A DNA stretch of 31,955 nucleotides from an uncultured bacterium (GTDB lineage Bacteria; Pseudomonadota; Gammaproteobacteria; Steroidobacterales; Steroidobacteraceae). Positions within the stretch are counted from its first letter, which is position 1. Each line of letters begins with the position of its first letter. A model generated the notes under the pieces. That model was not told where the DNA came from. It was given only the letters and a program-made list of their open reading frames with translations, and did no database searches. A program made the position numbers and the translations under genes. This document shows, one piece after another, positions 1 through 9,253 of the stretch. The DNA is taken from assembly GCA_963978075.1 (NCBI GenBank), contig CAXBRZ010000001.1, positions 1 through 31,955 of the forward strand. The letters are read 5' to 3'.

Positions 1-2
1 AC

Positions 3-1727
3 CTGCACTCCCAGTCGCGAGGCAAGCTGTCATACGATGAGGCTCTCGGCGCCTTCGTGCCGGCTGCGACGGCCGAGCGCACGCGCTCGGCGGGTCTGTG
101 CCGCGGCACGTCCGGCCTTGCCGCGGTTCTCGCGGAAGGGTCTGCCGCAGGCAGCGCTGCGGCCGTGGCTGCGGGGTTCACAAGTACCCCAGGCAGTCAC
201 ACAGCAGTGGGTGGCGCGGTCGGCGTGGCCGGCAAGCCCGGCGCATTGCCCCAGATCGCTGGCGCCATCCCTCCCGCCAAGGCTTTTGTCGACTTCCAGA
301 ACGACGTCACGACCCGCGACATCGCGCTCGCCCAGCGCGAGGGTTTCGAGTCGATCGAGCACATCAAGCGCTACACCACGACCGGCATGGCGACCGATCA
401 GGGCAAGACCTCCGGTCTGAATGCTCTTGGCATCGTGGCGGAATCCTCGCAGCGACGTATCGCGGAAGTCGGTCTGACGACCTACCGCATGCCATACACG
501 CCGGTCACTTTTGGTGCATTTGCAGGCTCCGCCCGCGGCGACCAATTTGACCCGGTGCGCCGAACTCCAAGCCACCAGTGGGCGGTAGACCGCGGTGGCG
601 TCTTCGAAGACGTCGGCAACTGGAAACGCACGCGCTACTTCCCGCAGGGCGGCGAGGACATGCACGCGGCCGTCAATCGCGAGTGCGTCGCCGTACGCAC
701 CGGTGTCGGCATGTTCGATGCCTCGACACTTGGAAAGATCGAGGTCGTCGGCAAGGATGCGGCGGAGTTCCTGAACCGTTTCTATGTCAACAACTGGTCG
801 AACCTCGGTGTAAATCGCGCCCGCTACGGCATTCTCTGCCGAGACGACGGGTTCGTTTATGACGACGGCGTGATCGGACGCTTGGCGGAAGACCGGTTCC
901 ATGTCACAACGACCACGGGCGGCGCTGCCCGGGTGTTCAACATGATGGAAGATTACCTGCAGACCGAATGGCAGGACCTGTCCGTGTGGATCACCTCGAC
1001 GAGCGAGCAATGGTCGGTTGTCGCCCTGCAGGGACCGAAGGCTCGCGACGTCCTTGCGAAACTCGTCACTGATGTGGATCTGTCGGCCGCAGCGCTACCG
1101 CATATGGGCATCGCACGCGGTCACATTGCCGGGATCCCGATGATTCTTTTCAGGGTCAGCTTTACCGGCGAACTCGGCTTCGAAATCAACGTTCCGGCGG
1201 AGTATGGCAGCGACTTGTGGGAAGCCATCCATGCCGCCGGCCAGGAGTTCGGAATCACGCCTTACGGCACAGAAGCGATGCACGTCCTGCGCGCCGAGAA
1301 GGGCTACATCATTGTGGGCCAAGACACCGATGGGACACTCACGCCGGATGACGCCGGCGTCGCCTGGGCAATAGGCAAGACCAAGAAGGACTTCATCGGC
1401 AAGCGCGGCATGGACCGGCCTGCCCTGAAATCGGCGGATCGCAAGCAATTGATCGGCCTGCTGACCGAGGACTCCAATGTCGTCCTTGAGGAGGGTTCAC
1501 AGGTCGTGCTGACGCCCAACCTGCCGCCGCCCTTCACGATGGTGGGTCACGTGACCTCTTCCTACTTCAGCGCCAATCTCGGGCGCTCGATCGCCATGGC
1601 AGTTGTCGCCGGTGGGCGCGCAAAGATGGGTGAGACCCTCTACGTTGCAATGCCCGGTGGCGACATTCCGGTCAAGGTCAGCACGACCGTGTTCTATGAC
1701 CCCCAGGGAGGTCGCCTCAATGTCTGA
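3..1727 (+). CDS. soxA: Heterotetrameric sarcosine oxidase-family alpha subunit, 5'-truncated by the window edge (paralog 1)
   Basis: Frame is open from base 3 (LHSQSRGKLSYDEALGAFVP). Motifs KAFVDFQNDVT..EGFESIEHIKRYTTTGMATDQGK, FDASTLGKIEV and RVSFTGELGFEINV (GcvT-like THF-binding half). Stop overlaps the soxG start. Confidence 0.93.
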   Translation: MHSQSRGKLSYDEALGAFVPAATAERTRSAGLCRGTSGLAAVLAEGSAAGSAAAVAAGFTSTPGSHTAVGGAVGVAGKPGALPQIAGAIPPAKAFVDFQNDVTTRDIALAQREGFESIEHIKRYTTTGMATDQGKTSGLNALGIVAESSQRRIAEVGLTTYRMPYTPVTFGAFAGSARGDQFDPVRRTPSHQWAVDRGGVFEDVGNWKRTRYFPQGGEDMHAAVNRECVAVRTGVGMFDASTLGKIEVVGKDAAEFLNRFYVNNWSNLGVNRARYGILCRDDGFVYDDGVIGRLAEDRFHVTTTTGGAARVFNMMEDYLQTEWQDLSVWITSTSEQWSVVALQGPKARDVLAKLVTDVDLSAAALPHMGIARGHIAGIPMILFRVSFTGELGFEINVPAEYGSDLWEAIHAAGQEFGITPYGTEAMHVLRAEKGYIIVGQDTDGTLTPDDAGVAWAIGKTKKDFIGKRGMDRPALKSADRKQLIGLLTEDSNVVLEEGSQVVLTPNLPPPFTMVGHVTSSYFSANLGRSIAMAVVAGGRAKMGETLYVAMPGGDIPVKVSTTVFYDPQGGRLNV

Positions 1728-2262
1728 ACTCACGCGTCGCCCTCCCCATGTAGCCGCCCGCTCGTGGCTCGAACCTGTGCCCGCCATGACCCGCCTCTCG
1801 TTCCGCGGCGGCGCCGATGCAGTTGCCGCTGCCACTCGTGGTTTCGGAGTCGAGTTGTCCACAACCGCGTGCCGTGCGAGCACGAATGGCACGCGTACCG
1901 CATGGTGGCTGGGCCCTGACGAGTACCTGCTGGTCGCCCCGGAATCCGAGGCGGATGCCGTGCGGGCAGAACTTGCTGCTGCCCTTGGTGACCTGCCGCA
2001 CTCCATCGTCGACATCAGCCATCGTCACGCAGCCTTCCGCGTCACGGGACCGAGCTCCGCTTGGCTTATGAACACCGGATGCCCTCTGGACCTGGATCTC
2101 AGCGCCTTCCCGGTAGGCATGTGCACCCGCACGGTCTACATGAAGTCCGAGATCTACCTCTGGCGGGCCGCCGCGGACGTGTTTCACGTCGAGGCGTGGC
2201 GCTCGTTCACGCCCTATGTTGTGGGCCTCCTTGAGGAAGCGGCATCGGAGTGCGCTGCCTAA
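1720..2262 (+). CDS. soxG: Sarcosine oxidase-family gamma subunit
   Basis: ATG at 1720 overlaps the soxA end and has an upstream GGGAGG. Motifs WLGPDEYLL, VDISHRH, GCPLDL...FPVGMCTRT and VEAWRSF. Confidence 0.9.
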   Translation: MSELTRRPPHVAARSWLEPVPAMTRLSFRGGADAVAAATRGFGVELSTTACRASTNGTRTAWWLGPDEYLLVAPESEADAVRAELAAALGDLPHSIVDISHRHAAFRVTGPSSAWLMNTGCPLDLDLSAFPVGMCTRTVYMKSEIYLWRAAADVFHVEAWRSFTPYVVGLLEEAASECAA

Positions 2263-3386
2263 TGCGTCGCAACGGACGGGAGCGAGCCGGTCGTTCCCAC
2301 CCGTTCATTGGGCCTCTTGCCGCACTGTGCCTCTTGGGCGGGTGCACCCAGGATGACACATCGCAGAGAACGGTCAGCGTCTACAACTGGGCTGACTTTA
2401 TCGGCAAGCACACGCTAGAGGATTTCGAGAAGAGCACCGGCATCAAGGTGGACTACGAAACCTTTGATGCCGACGCGACAGTTGAAGCAAAAATGCTTGC
2501 CGGCGGGTCAGGATACGACGTCGTCGAGACCTCAACGCTGCTTTTCAGTCGTCAGATCAAGGCGGGAGCCTACCTTACCCTTGATCACAATCGACTCCCC
2601 GGCCTGAAGAACATTGACTCCAAGGTTCTCGAGTTATACGCCAGGTTTGACCCTGGAAATGCCCACGCAGTCCCTTACCTGCACTCCCTCAATGGATTTG
2701 CTTACAACGTCAAAATGATTCGGGAGCGAATGCCAGACGCTCCGGTGCATAGCCTTCGGATGATCTTTGATCCGGAGATTGCCAGTCGGTTTGCCGATTG
2801 CGGTATCACGTTTGTCGACTCCTCCCGTGACGTGCTGCAGTTGGCCCTCGTCTACCTCGGCATCGACCCCAATACGACTCACCGGGAAGACATGCAGGCG
2901 GCTGAACGCTTGATCCTCAAGGTACGGCCTTACATCCGTACCTTCGATTCCGCGGAGTACATCAACTCCCTCGCCAACGGCGAGAGTTGCATCGCGATGG
3001 GATGGTCAAGTGATTACGCCACGGCACTGGCACGCGCGCGGGCGGCGGGAATACACCTGGACCTCGCCTTTACCGTACCGCAGGAAGGGACGAACGCGGA
3101 CTACAGCGCATTCCTGATCCCCGCTGACTCGAAGCATATTGATGAAGCCTACGAATTTCTAAACTTCATACTGAAGCCAGAAACAATTGCCGACATCACG
3201 AATGACATCTATTACGGCAACGACAATCGCGCCGCAGATCATCTCATTCGTGCGGAAATTCGCTCGAATCCCGCGCTCTATCCCACTCCTGAGATTGCAG
3301 GGCGTATTTTCCTCTCTGCGGAAGTCTCTCCGGCGTTGGAACGGCTCGTAACCCGTACATGGACCCGGATCAAAACTGCACATTGA
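2262..3386 (+). CDS. PotD/PotF-family polyamine-type ABC substrate-binding lipoprotein (orphan)
   Basis: TAATG overlap with soxG. Lipobox-like LGGC. Motifs VYNWADFI, GGSGYDVV, LANGESCIAMGWSSD and AYEFLNFILKPE. Confidence 0.85.
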   Translation: MRRNGRERAGRSHPFIGPLAALCLLGGCTQDDTSQRTVSVYNWADFIGKHTLEDFEKSTGIKVDYETFDADATVEAKMLAGGSGYDVVETSTLLFSRQIKAGAYLTLDHNRLPGLKNIDSKVLELYARFDPGNAHAVPYLHSLNGFAYNVKMIRERMPDAPVHSLRMIFDPEIASRFADCGITFVDSSRDVLQLALVYLGIDPNTTHREDMQAAERLILKVRPYIRTFDSAEYINSLANGESCIAMGWSSDYATALARARAAGIHLDLAFTVPQEGTNADYSAFLIPADSKHIDEAYEFLNFILKPETIADITNDIYYGNDNRAADHLIRAEIRSNPALYPTPEIAGRIFLSAEVSPALERLVTRTWTRIKTAH

Positions 3387-3425
3387 GTTTTGGTTCTCCG
3401 GGATGACGGCACGTTCCATACAGGC

Positions 3426-3450
3426 ATAAAAATCCGCCCGCTTCCGACGG
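3426..3450 (-). terminator. Probable intrinsic terminator for the minus-strand dehydrogenase genes
   Basis: Minus strand reads CCGUCG-GAAG-C-GGGCGG followed by AUUUUUAU, downstream of the 3506 stop. The stem is imperfect. Confidence 0.45.
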
Positions 3451-3461
3451 TCTCGTAACAG

Positions 3462-3493
3462 CCCCTGACCCGGAAACTATCCCGGGTCAGGGG
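3462..3493. terminator. Perfect 12-bp inverted repeat between convergent genes
   Basis: CCCCTGACCCGG (3462-3473), 8-nt loop, CCGGGTCAGGGG (3482-3493). No strong U tract, so it may be a bidirectional terminator or an mRNA-stabilising hairpin. Confidence 0.6.
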
Positions 3494-3505
3494 GTTGCAC
3501 TGACG

Positions 3506-5929
3506 TTAACCGCGCAGGCGCGCATTCGCTGGATCGTAGAGCGGCTCCACACCCACGACTGCCTTGCGTTTCTCGCCCAGAATTCCGATCGTGAGCTCCT
3601 GCCCTTCGACCGCAAGGTCAGTCCGGATATAGGCAAGCGCGATGCTCTTGCCGATCCGGTACCCAAATCCGCCGGAAGTGACAATGCCAACGACTTCGTC
3701 GCCCAGATAGACCGCTGATACGGCGGAGGCGTCAGCGTCGTCCGCATCTACGATGAGCGGAACAAAGCGTTCCTTAGGCCCGGTCACAGCCTCCTTCCGA
3801 AGAGGCTCCTGACCAATGAATCCGCCTGCCTTGTCGAGTTTGACGAAGCGATCCAAGGACGCCATGAACGGCGTGTAGTCCGTGGTCAGGTCCTGCTTCC
3901 ACGAGCGGTAGCACTTTTCAAGACGCAGGCTGTCCATCGCGTAAAGGCCAAAGTCCGCAATGCCGAATTCCTCGCCGGCCTCGAACAGCAGGTCGTAGAT
4001 CGAGGCGACGTGTTCGACCGGAATGTGGAGTTCCCAGCCCAACTCACCCACGTAGTTCACGCGCATCGCCAGCGCCTTGGTGTAACCAATGGCGATCATG
4101 CGGACGCTGAGCCACGGGAAGGCAGCATTCGAGAGGTCGGAGGTCGTCAATTTGGCCAACACGTCACGCGACTTTGGACCCACGAGAATGAGGGTTCCAT
4201 AGCGGGCCGTCTCGTTGGTGACCCGAACCGAGCCATCGGCCGGCAAGTGCTCGTGCAGCCAGTGCAGATCGTGGCGCTCACCCGACGCGGCGCTGATCAG
4301 CCAGTAACGACCCCCACCGAGATTGGTCACCGTCATTTCAGTGACGATGCCGCCGCTGGGCGCGAGGAAGTAGTTGAGCGCGGTACGGCCTTCCTTCGGC
4401 AAGACGCCGGTGATCATGCCGTCAATCCAGGCAGCGGCTCCGCTTCCGGTCACCTCGAATTTCGTGAACCCCGGCAGGTCAAGGACCGCGACACGTTCGG
4501 CGACGGCCGCCGACTCACGCGCAACCGCCTGATGCCAATGGCAACGACGGAAGGAGGTATCGGTGCCCCCGGTATCTCCTGGCTTGGCGAAGTAGACAGC
4601 ACGCTCCCAGCCACCCCGGGCACCGAAGACGGCCCCCTTGGCCTTCAGACGATCGTAAAGGGGCGACGCTTTCGCGGGCCGACCGGCCGGGCGCTCTTCC
4701 TGGGGATAGCCGATCCCGTACTCGTGTTGATAGGTCTCGATCGCCTTGGCCAACGTAAATTTGTCGTTGGCGTGCTCGAGGTAGCGTCGGTGGTCAAATG
4801 GCCACATGTCCCACTCGGGGTGTCCATGGACCACCCACTCCGCGATCGACTTGCCGGCACCCCCTGCCTGGGCGATACCAAAGGTGAAGGCACAGCAGTG
4901 GTAGAAGTTTTTCAGGCCCGGCGCAGGACCCATGAGCGGATTTCCATCCGGCGCATACGGGATCGGTCCGTTGATGACGGTCTTGATACCCACACTGCCC
5001 AGAATCGGAACCTGGCCGATCGCACGCTCGATGTAATCACCCAGGCGATCGAGGTCATCCTCGAACAACTGATTCGCGAATTCCTCCGGAATGCCGTCGA
5101 GCCAATGGGCTTTGGCGTCCCACTCATAGGGTCCGAGCAGCAGAGAATGCCGTTCCTGACGCAGGTAATAGCTCACGTCGGGATCGCGCACCAAAGGCAG
5201 GCGCGCGGTGCCACGAGCCACCAGTTCGGGGATGTCTTCGGTGATCATGTACTGGTGGGAGAGCGTGACAATCGGCAGGTACTCCCCGACCATCGCGGCG
5301 ATCTCGCCGCCGCGATAACCGGCCGCATTGATCACCACTTCCGCCGTGATGTCGCCCTTGTTCGTGGTCAGCTTCCACTCACCGGACGAGGTGCGATTGA
5401 TCGCCGTCACCTTCGTGTTGCGGTAGATCTCCGCACCACGGTCGCGCGCACCCTTGGCAAGTGCCTGGGTCAGCTGCGCAGGATCGATATCGCCATCGTA
5501 AGGATCGTAGAGCGCCGCCTTGATATCGCTGACGTTCATGAAAGGATGCATTTTTGCGACTTCCGACGGAGTCATGAACTCAAAGTCGATTCCCTGCGCT
5601 CGCGCCTGCGCAACGACATGTTTGAACTCGTCAACACGATCGTGTTCGTGTGCGATACGGATACTGCCGGTCCGGTGATAATTGATGTCATATCCGGTCT
5701 TCTTGGACAACTCGGCGTACAGCTTGGTCGAGTGCCGCTGCAGCTTGATGGTGTTCCAGGATGTCGAGAAATTCGGACAATTTCCGGCCGCGTGCCAGGT
5801 CGATCCGGCGGTCAGTTCGTCCCGTTCGAGAAGCACGGCATCCGTGACGCCGAGTTCTGTCAGGTGGTAAAGGGCGCTGGCGCCGACCGCGCCACCACCG
5901 ATGATCACAATGCGTGCATGTGTTTTCAT
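3506..5929 (-). CDS. Dimethylglycine dehydrogenase-like FAD/GcvT oxidoreductase
   Basis: 807 aa. GGGAVG Rossmann motif, STWHAAG covalent-FAD His motif, NGPIPYAPDG, and a C-terminal GcvT domain (RVNYVGELGWELH, DSLRLEK). Confidence 0.9.
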   Translation of the reverse strand: MKTHARIVIIGGGAVGASALYHLTELGVTDAVLLERDELTAGSTWHAAGNCPNFSTSWNTIKLQRHSTKLYAELSKKTGYDINYHRTGSIRIAHEHDRVDEFKHVVAQARAQGIDFEFMTPSEVAKMHPFMNVSDIKAALYDPYDGDIDPAQLTQALAKGARDRGAEIYRNTKVTAINRTSSGEWKLTTNKGDITAEVVINAAGYRGGEIAAMVGEYLPIVTLSHQYMITEDIPELVARGTARLPLVRDPDVSYYLRQERHSLLLGPYEWDAKAHWLDGIPEEFANQLFEDDLDRLGDYIERAIGQVPILGSVGIKTVINGPIPYAPDGNPLMGPAPGLKNFYHCCAFTFGIAQAGGAGKSIAEWVVHGHPEWDMWPFDHRRYLEHANDKFTLAKAIETYQHEYGIGYPQEERPAGRPAKASPLYDRLKAKGAVFGARGGWERAVYFAKPGDTGGTDTSFRRCHWHQAVARESAAVAERVAVLDLPGFTKFEVTGSGAAAWIDGMITGVLPKEGRTALNYFLAPSGGIVTEMTVTNLGGGRYWLISAASGERHDLHWLHEHLPADGSVRVTNETARYGTLILVGPKSRDVLAKLTTSDLSNAAFPWLSVRMIAIGYTKALAMRVNYVGELGWELHIPVEHVASIYDLLFEAGEEFGIADFGLYAMDSLRLEKCYRSWKQDLTTDYTPFMASLDRFVKLDKAGGFIGQEPLRKEAVTGPKERFVPLIVDADDADASAVSAVYLGDEVVGIVTSGGFGYRIGKSIALAYIRTDLAVEGQELTIGILGEKRKAVVGVEPLYDPANARLRG

Positions 5930-5983
5930 GAATCACTCACTCCGGGGCGGCAGGCCGCCATAGAAAATCGTTTAGAAAAGCGT

Positions 5984-8443
5984 TCAGGCCTTGATACGTT
6001 CGTTCTTTGGGTCGTAGAGCGGTTCGAGCTGAACGCGCGCACGGTAGCGACGGCACGCCACTTCCACTTCCCAGACGCCGTCGGCGAGCCACTCTTTGGT
6101 GACTCCGGACTCGCATCCGACGTAGCCCATGCCGATGGATTTGCGGATTCGGTGACCAAAAGCGCCAGATCGGATCGAGCCTACGATCTGGCCATCTTTC
6201 AGGATCGGCTCCTCGTGGTACATGAGAGGCGCGGAATCGCTATCGTCCTCAAGGCACACCTGAACGAGCCGCTTGCGGGGGGTTCCCTTGGCCTTGTGAA
6301 CCAGCAGGGCCTCGCGACCGATGAACCCGCCGTCCTTGTCCCACGCAATGGTGAACGTCAGGCCTGCCTCGAAAGGGGTGTCCTCATCCGCAATGTCATG
6401 ACCCCAGCTGCGATAGCCCTTCTCGACGCGGCAGGCCGCCATCGAGTGGTATCCGGCATGCTTGAGACCGAATTCGGCGCCCGCCTCGAGAATCCGTTCA
6501 TAGACGTCAAGGACGTGCTCTGCCGACACATACAGTTCCCAGCCGAGCTCACCCACGTAGGTAATTCTGCTCGCGCGGACCGTGGCATATCCAATCTCGA
6601 CCTCCCGCGACCACGCAAACGGATGGGCAGCATTGGAGAAATCAAGACCGGTGAGCTTTTCAAGGAGGGGACGGCTGTTCGGACCCATGAGCCCCAGCAT
6701 CGCGATACCCGGGGTGACGTCCGTGATCCAGCACTGCGTCAGTCCGAGCGACTCACGGTGTTTGCGCAACCACGCCAGGTCGCGGGTCTGGCAAGCCGCC
6801 GCCGTCACCACCATGAACTCGTCGCGTGACAACCGCGTGATGGTCAGATCCGCCTCGATCCCGCCCAGTTCGTTCAGCCACTGGGTGTATACGAGCTTGC
6901 CTGCCGGCACGTCCACCTTCGACACGGAAAGACGGTCGAGTAACGAGAGCGCATCCGCACCCTGGACGAGGAATTTGGCGAAACAGGTTTCGTCGTACAG
7001 ACCGACCGCGTCGCGGACCGCCTCGGATTCCGCACGGCAGGCACCGAACCAGTTCTGGCGACCGTACGAATACTCATATTTGGGATTGCTGCCCGGGGCC
7101 GCATACCAATTCGGTCTTTCCCAACCGGCCAACTCGCCCATACAAGCACCGGCCGCAACCAGGCGGTCGTGCAATGGCGTACGGCGGGCGTTACGCGCGG
7201 TCTGGTACTGGTAATAGGGCCAGTGCATCGCATACAGGAGACCCAGCGTCTCCACGGTACGATCGTGCAGGTATTTCCGGTTCTTCTGGAACGGCTGGAT
7301 GCGACGGACATCGACGTCGGCTAGGTCCATCGGTGGGCGGCGGTTGACGATCCAGTCCGCGAGCACCTTGCCGGCGCCGCCACTGCCGGCAATGCCGACA
7401 GAATTGAACCCGGTGAGCAGGAACAGGTCCTTCACTTCCGGTGTCTCGCCCATGTAATAACGGTCGTCCGGCGTGAACGACTCCGGGCCATTGAAGAACA
7501 ACTGGATCCCCGCGTCCGCCAGTTTTGGCATGCGCTTGATGGCCATGTTCATGATCGGCTCGAAGTGATCGTAGTCCTCCGGCAGAGAATCGAAACAGAA
7601 CTCTTCGGGGATGCCTTTCATGCCCCAGGGCTTTGCCACTGGTTCAAAGCAGCCCATGAGAATCTTGCCGGCATCCTCTTTGTAATAGGCGCATTCGTCC
7701 GGAATACGCAGCACCGGCAAGTTGGCCGGCACGCCCTCCATGGGCTCCGTCACGATGTAGAAATGCTCGGCCGCGTGCAGCGGAACGGCAACGCCGACCT
7801 CAGCCGCGAGCCCATGCGACCACATACCACCGCACAGCACGACGGTATCGGCACGAATGGTGCCGTCGGCCGTTTCGACGCCGACAGCACGACCGTTCTC
7901 GACCAGAATCTTTACAACTTTAGTGTTCTCAAAGATCTTCGCGCCGCGCTGCTTGGCGCCTTTGGCGAGGGCCTGGGTGACATCGATCGGGTTGGTCTGG
8001 CCATCCTTGGGCAGGAAGATGCCGCCAACCACATCGGTCAGGTCAAGGAGCGGCCACTTGGACTTGATGTCGGACGGGGTCAAGAGATCGACCTCAAGGC
8101 CGAAGCACTTCCCCATGGACATGCCGCGTTTCAGTTCCTCGAAGCGCGCTTCCGTCTTGGCGACACTCACTGATCCGTTCTGCTTGAAGCCGGTGGCCTG
8201 ACCGGTTTCGGCCTCGAGGGAGCTGTAGAGTCCCGCCGTATATTTGGCCAATTCAGTCAGGTTGCGGGTCGCTCGCAACTGTCCGACAAGACCTGCGGCA
8301 TGCCATGTGGTCCCACAGGTCAGCTGCTTGCGCTCCAGCAGCACTACGTCAGTGACACCGATTTTCGTGAGGTGGTAAGCCACCGAACAGCCGGCAACAC
8401 CACCACCGATGATGACGACATTAGCGTGAGAGGGAAGTGCCAT
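5984..8443 (-). CDS. Sarcosine/dimethylglycine dehydrogenase-like FAD/GcvT oxidoreductase
   Basis: 819 aa. Motifs GGGVAG, TTWHAAGLVGQLR, NGPESFTPD, RITYVGELGWELY and CRVEKGYRSWG. Confidence 0.9.
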   Translation of the reverse strand: MALPSHANVVIIGGGVAGCSVAYHLTKIGVTDVVLLERKQLTCGTTWHAAGLVGQLRATRNLTELAKYTAGLYSSLEAETGQATGFKQNGSVSVAKTEARFEELKRGMSMGKCFGLEVDLLTPSDIKSKWPLLDLTDVVGGIFLPKDGQTNPIDVTQALAKGAKQRGAKIFENTKVVKILVENGRAVGVETADGTIRADTVVLCGGMWSHGLAAEVGVAVPLHAAEHFYIVTEPMEGVPANLPVLRIPDECAYYKEDAGKILMGCFEPVAKPWGMKGIPEEFCFDSLPEDYDHFEPIMNMAIKRMPKLADAGIQLFFNGPESFTPDDRYYMGETPEVKDLFLLTGFNSVGIAGSGGAGKVLADWIVNRRPPMDLADVDVRRIQPFQKNRKYLHDRTVETLGLLYAMHWPYYQYQTARNARRTPLHDRLVAAGACMGELAGWERPNWYAAPGSNPKYEYSYGRQNWFGACRAESEAVRDAVGLYDETCFAKFLVQGADALSLLDRLSVSKVDVPAGKLVYTQWLNELGGIEADLTITRLSRDEFMVVTAAACQTRDLAWLRKHRESLGLTQCWITDVTPGIAMLGLMGPNSRPLLEKLTGLDFSNAAHPFAWSREVEIGYATVRASRITYVGELGWELYVSAEHVLDVYERILEAGAEFGLKHAGYHSMAACRVEKGYRSWGHDIADEDTPFEAGLTFTIAWDKDGGFIGREALLVHKAKGTPRKRLVQVCLEDDSDSAPLMYHEEPILKDGQIVGSIRSGAFGHRIRKSIGMGYVGCESGVTKEWLADGVWEVEVACRRYRARVQLEPLYDPKNERIKA

Positions 8444-8469
8444 GAGATTTGCCTGACCTTGTCTGGAAT

Positions 8470-9090
8470 TTAATAGCGGGGAGGCGCGATGACCCAGAGC
8501 GACACGGACTCGACCTGCCCAGGGTTATAAGCGGAAAAGGGTTCTCCGCGTCCAATGCGGAAGCTGTCACCGGCGCGCAGTACGAAGCGTCGGTCATGGA
8601 TATCCAGTGACAACTCGCCGGAGAGGACAACGCCGGACTGTTCGGCCATGCGCGACACTTGCACGTCGCCGCTGCGCGCGCCCGGCGCGAAGCGGCTCAT
8701 GATGAGTTCCGCTTCACCATTGAGAGACGGTGACAACAACTCTTCCTCGATACCCGTACCCGGAAAATCGAGCCGACGCCGATGCTCTTGGCGCACCACG
8801 TAGCCGTGCTCGCTGGGTTCGCGTGGATCGTACCCTTGGAAGAACCAGCTGATGCTGACACCCAGCGCCTCACTGATGGCCTTGAGGGTGGAGATGGAAA
8901 TTTCGGAACGCCCACGCTCGATCTGGCTGACGTAGCCGATCGACTTGCCAATCGCCTGCGCGAGTTCCGCGAGGCGCATGCGGCGGGCCTCGCGCAGGTC
9001 GCGGATCTGCGCCCCGAGCGACGTCGGAGTCCGGGTGGCAGGCGCTGCGGTCGGCACCTCGTCCAGCCTTGTCGTGACGGCTTCGCTCAT
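8470..9090 (-). CDS. XRE-family HTH plus cupin transcriptional regulator
   Basis: N-terminal HTH (LAELAQAIGKSIGYVSQIERG) and C-terminal cupin (EQSGVVLSGELSL..GDSF). Purine-rich RBS (GGGAGG). Upstream of and co-oriented with the two dehydrogenases. Confidence 0.9.
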   Translation of the reverse strand: MSEAVTTRLDEVPTAAPATRTPTSLGAQIRDLREARRMRLAELAQAIGKSIGYVSQIERGRSEISISTLKAISEALGVSISWFFQGYDPREPSEHGYVVRQEHRRRLDFPGTGIEEELLSPSLNGEAELIMSRFAPGARSGDVQVSRMAEQSGVVLSGELSLDIHDRRFVLRAGDSFRIGRGEPFSAYNPGQVESVSLWVIAPPRY

Positions 9091-9141
9091 GCCCCCTCCC
9101 GCCGATATCTTTTCACAACCAAGTGTACGACGGATTTAATA

Positions 9142-9174
9142 TTCACAAGCGTGAAATTTTTTACCGGAATTTCA
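9142..9174. promoter_or_regulatory. Overlapping palindromic operator candidates in the divergent regulator/MDR promoter
   Basis: TTCAC-AAGC-GTGAA (9142-9155) and TGAAATT-N9-AATTTCA (9152-9174) in an AT-rich island. Confidence 0.55.
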
Positions 9175-9253
9175 TATTTTTGACTCAACGGGTGCTTGTT
9201 GGCACTCCGGGCCGCCCCCTAGACTGAAGGCCCGAAGCCCCACAGGACTACCG

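Noticed and set aside
1-1727. Left-edge soxA being the missing continuation of the right-edge soxA (circular or duplicated contig)
   Set aside because: The homologous overlapping segments differ extensively at the protein level, so they are distinct paralogs.
4010-6829. 939-aa plus-strand ORF spanning two genes
   Set aside because: It is the antisense shadow of two same-frame high-GC genes, has no recognisable motifs, and fully overlaps well-supported dehydrogenases.
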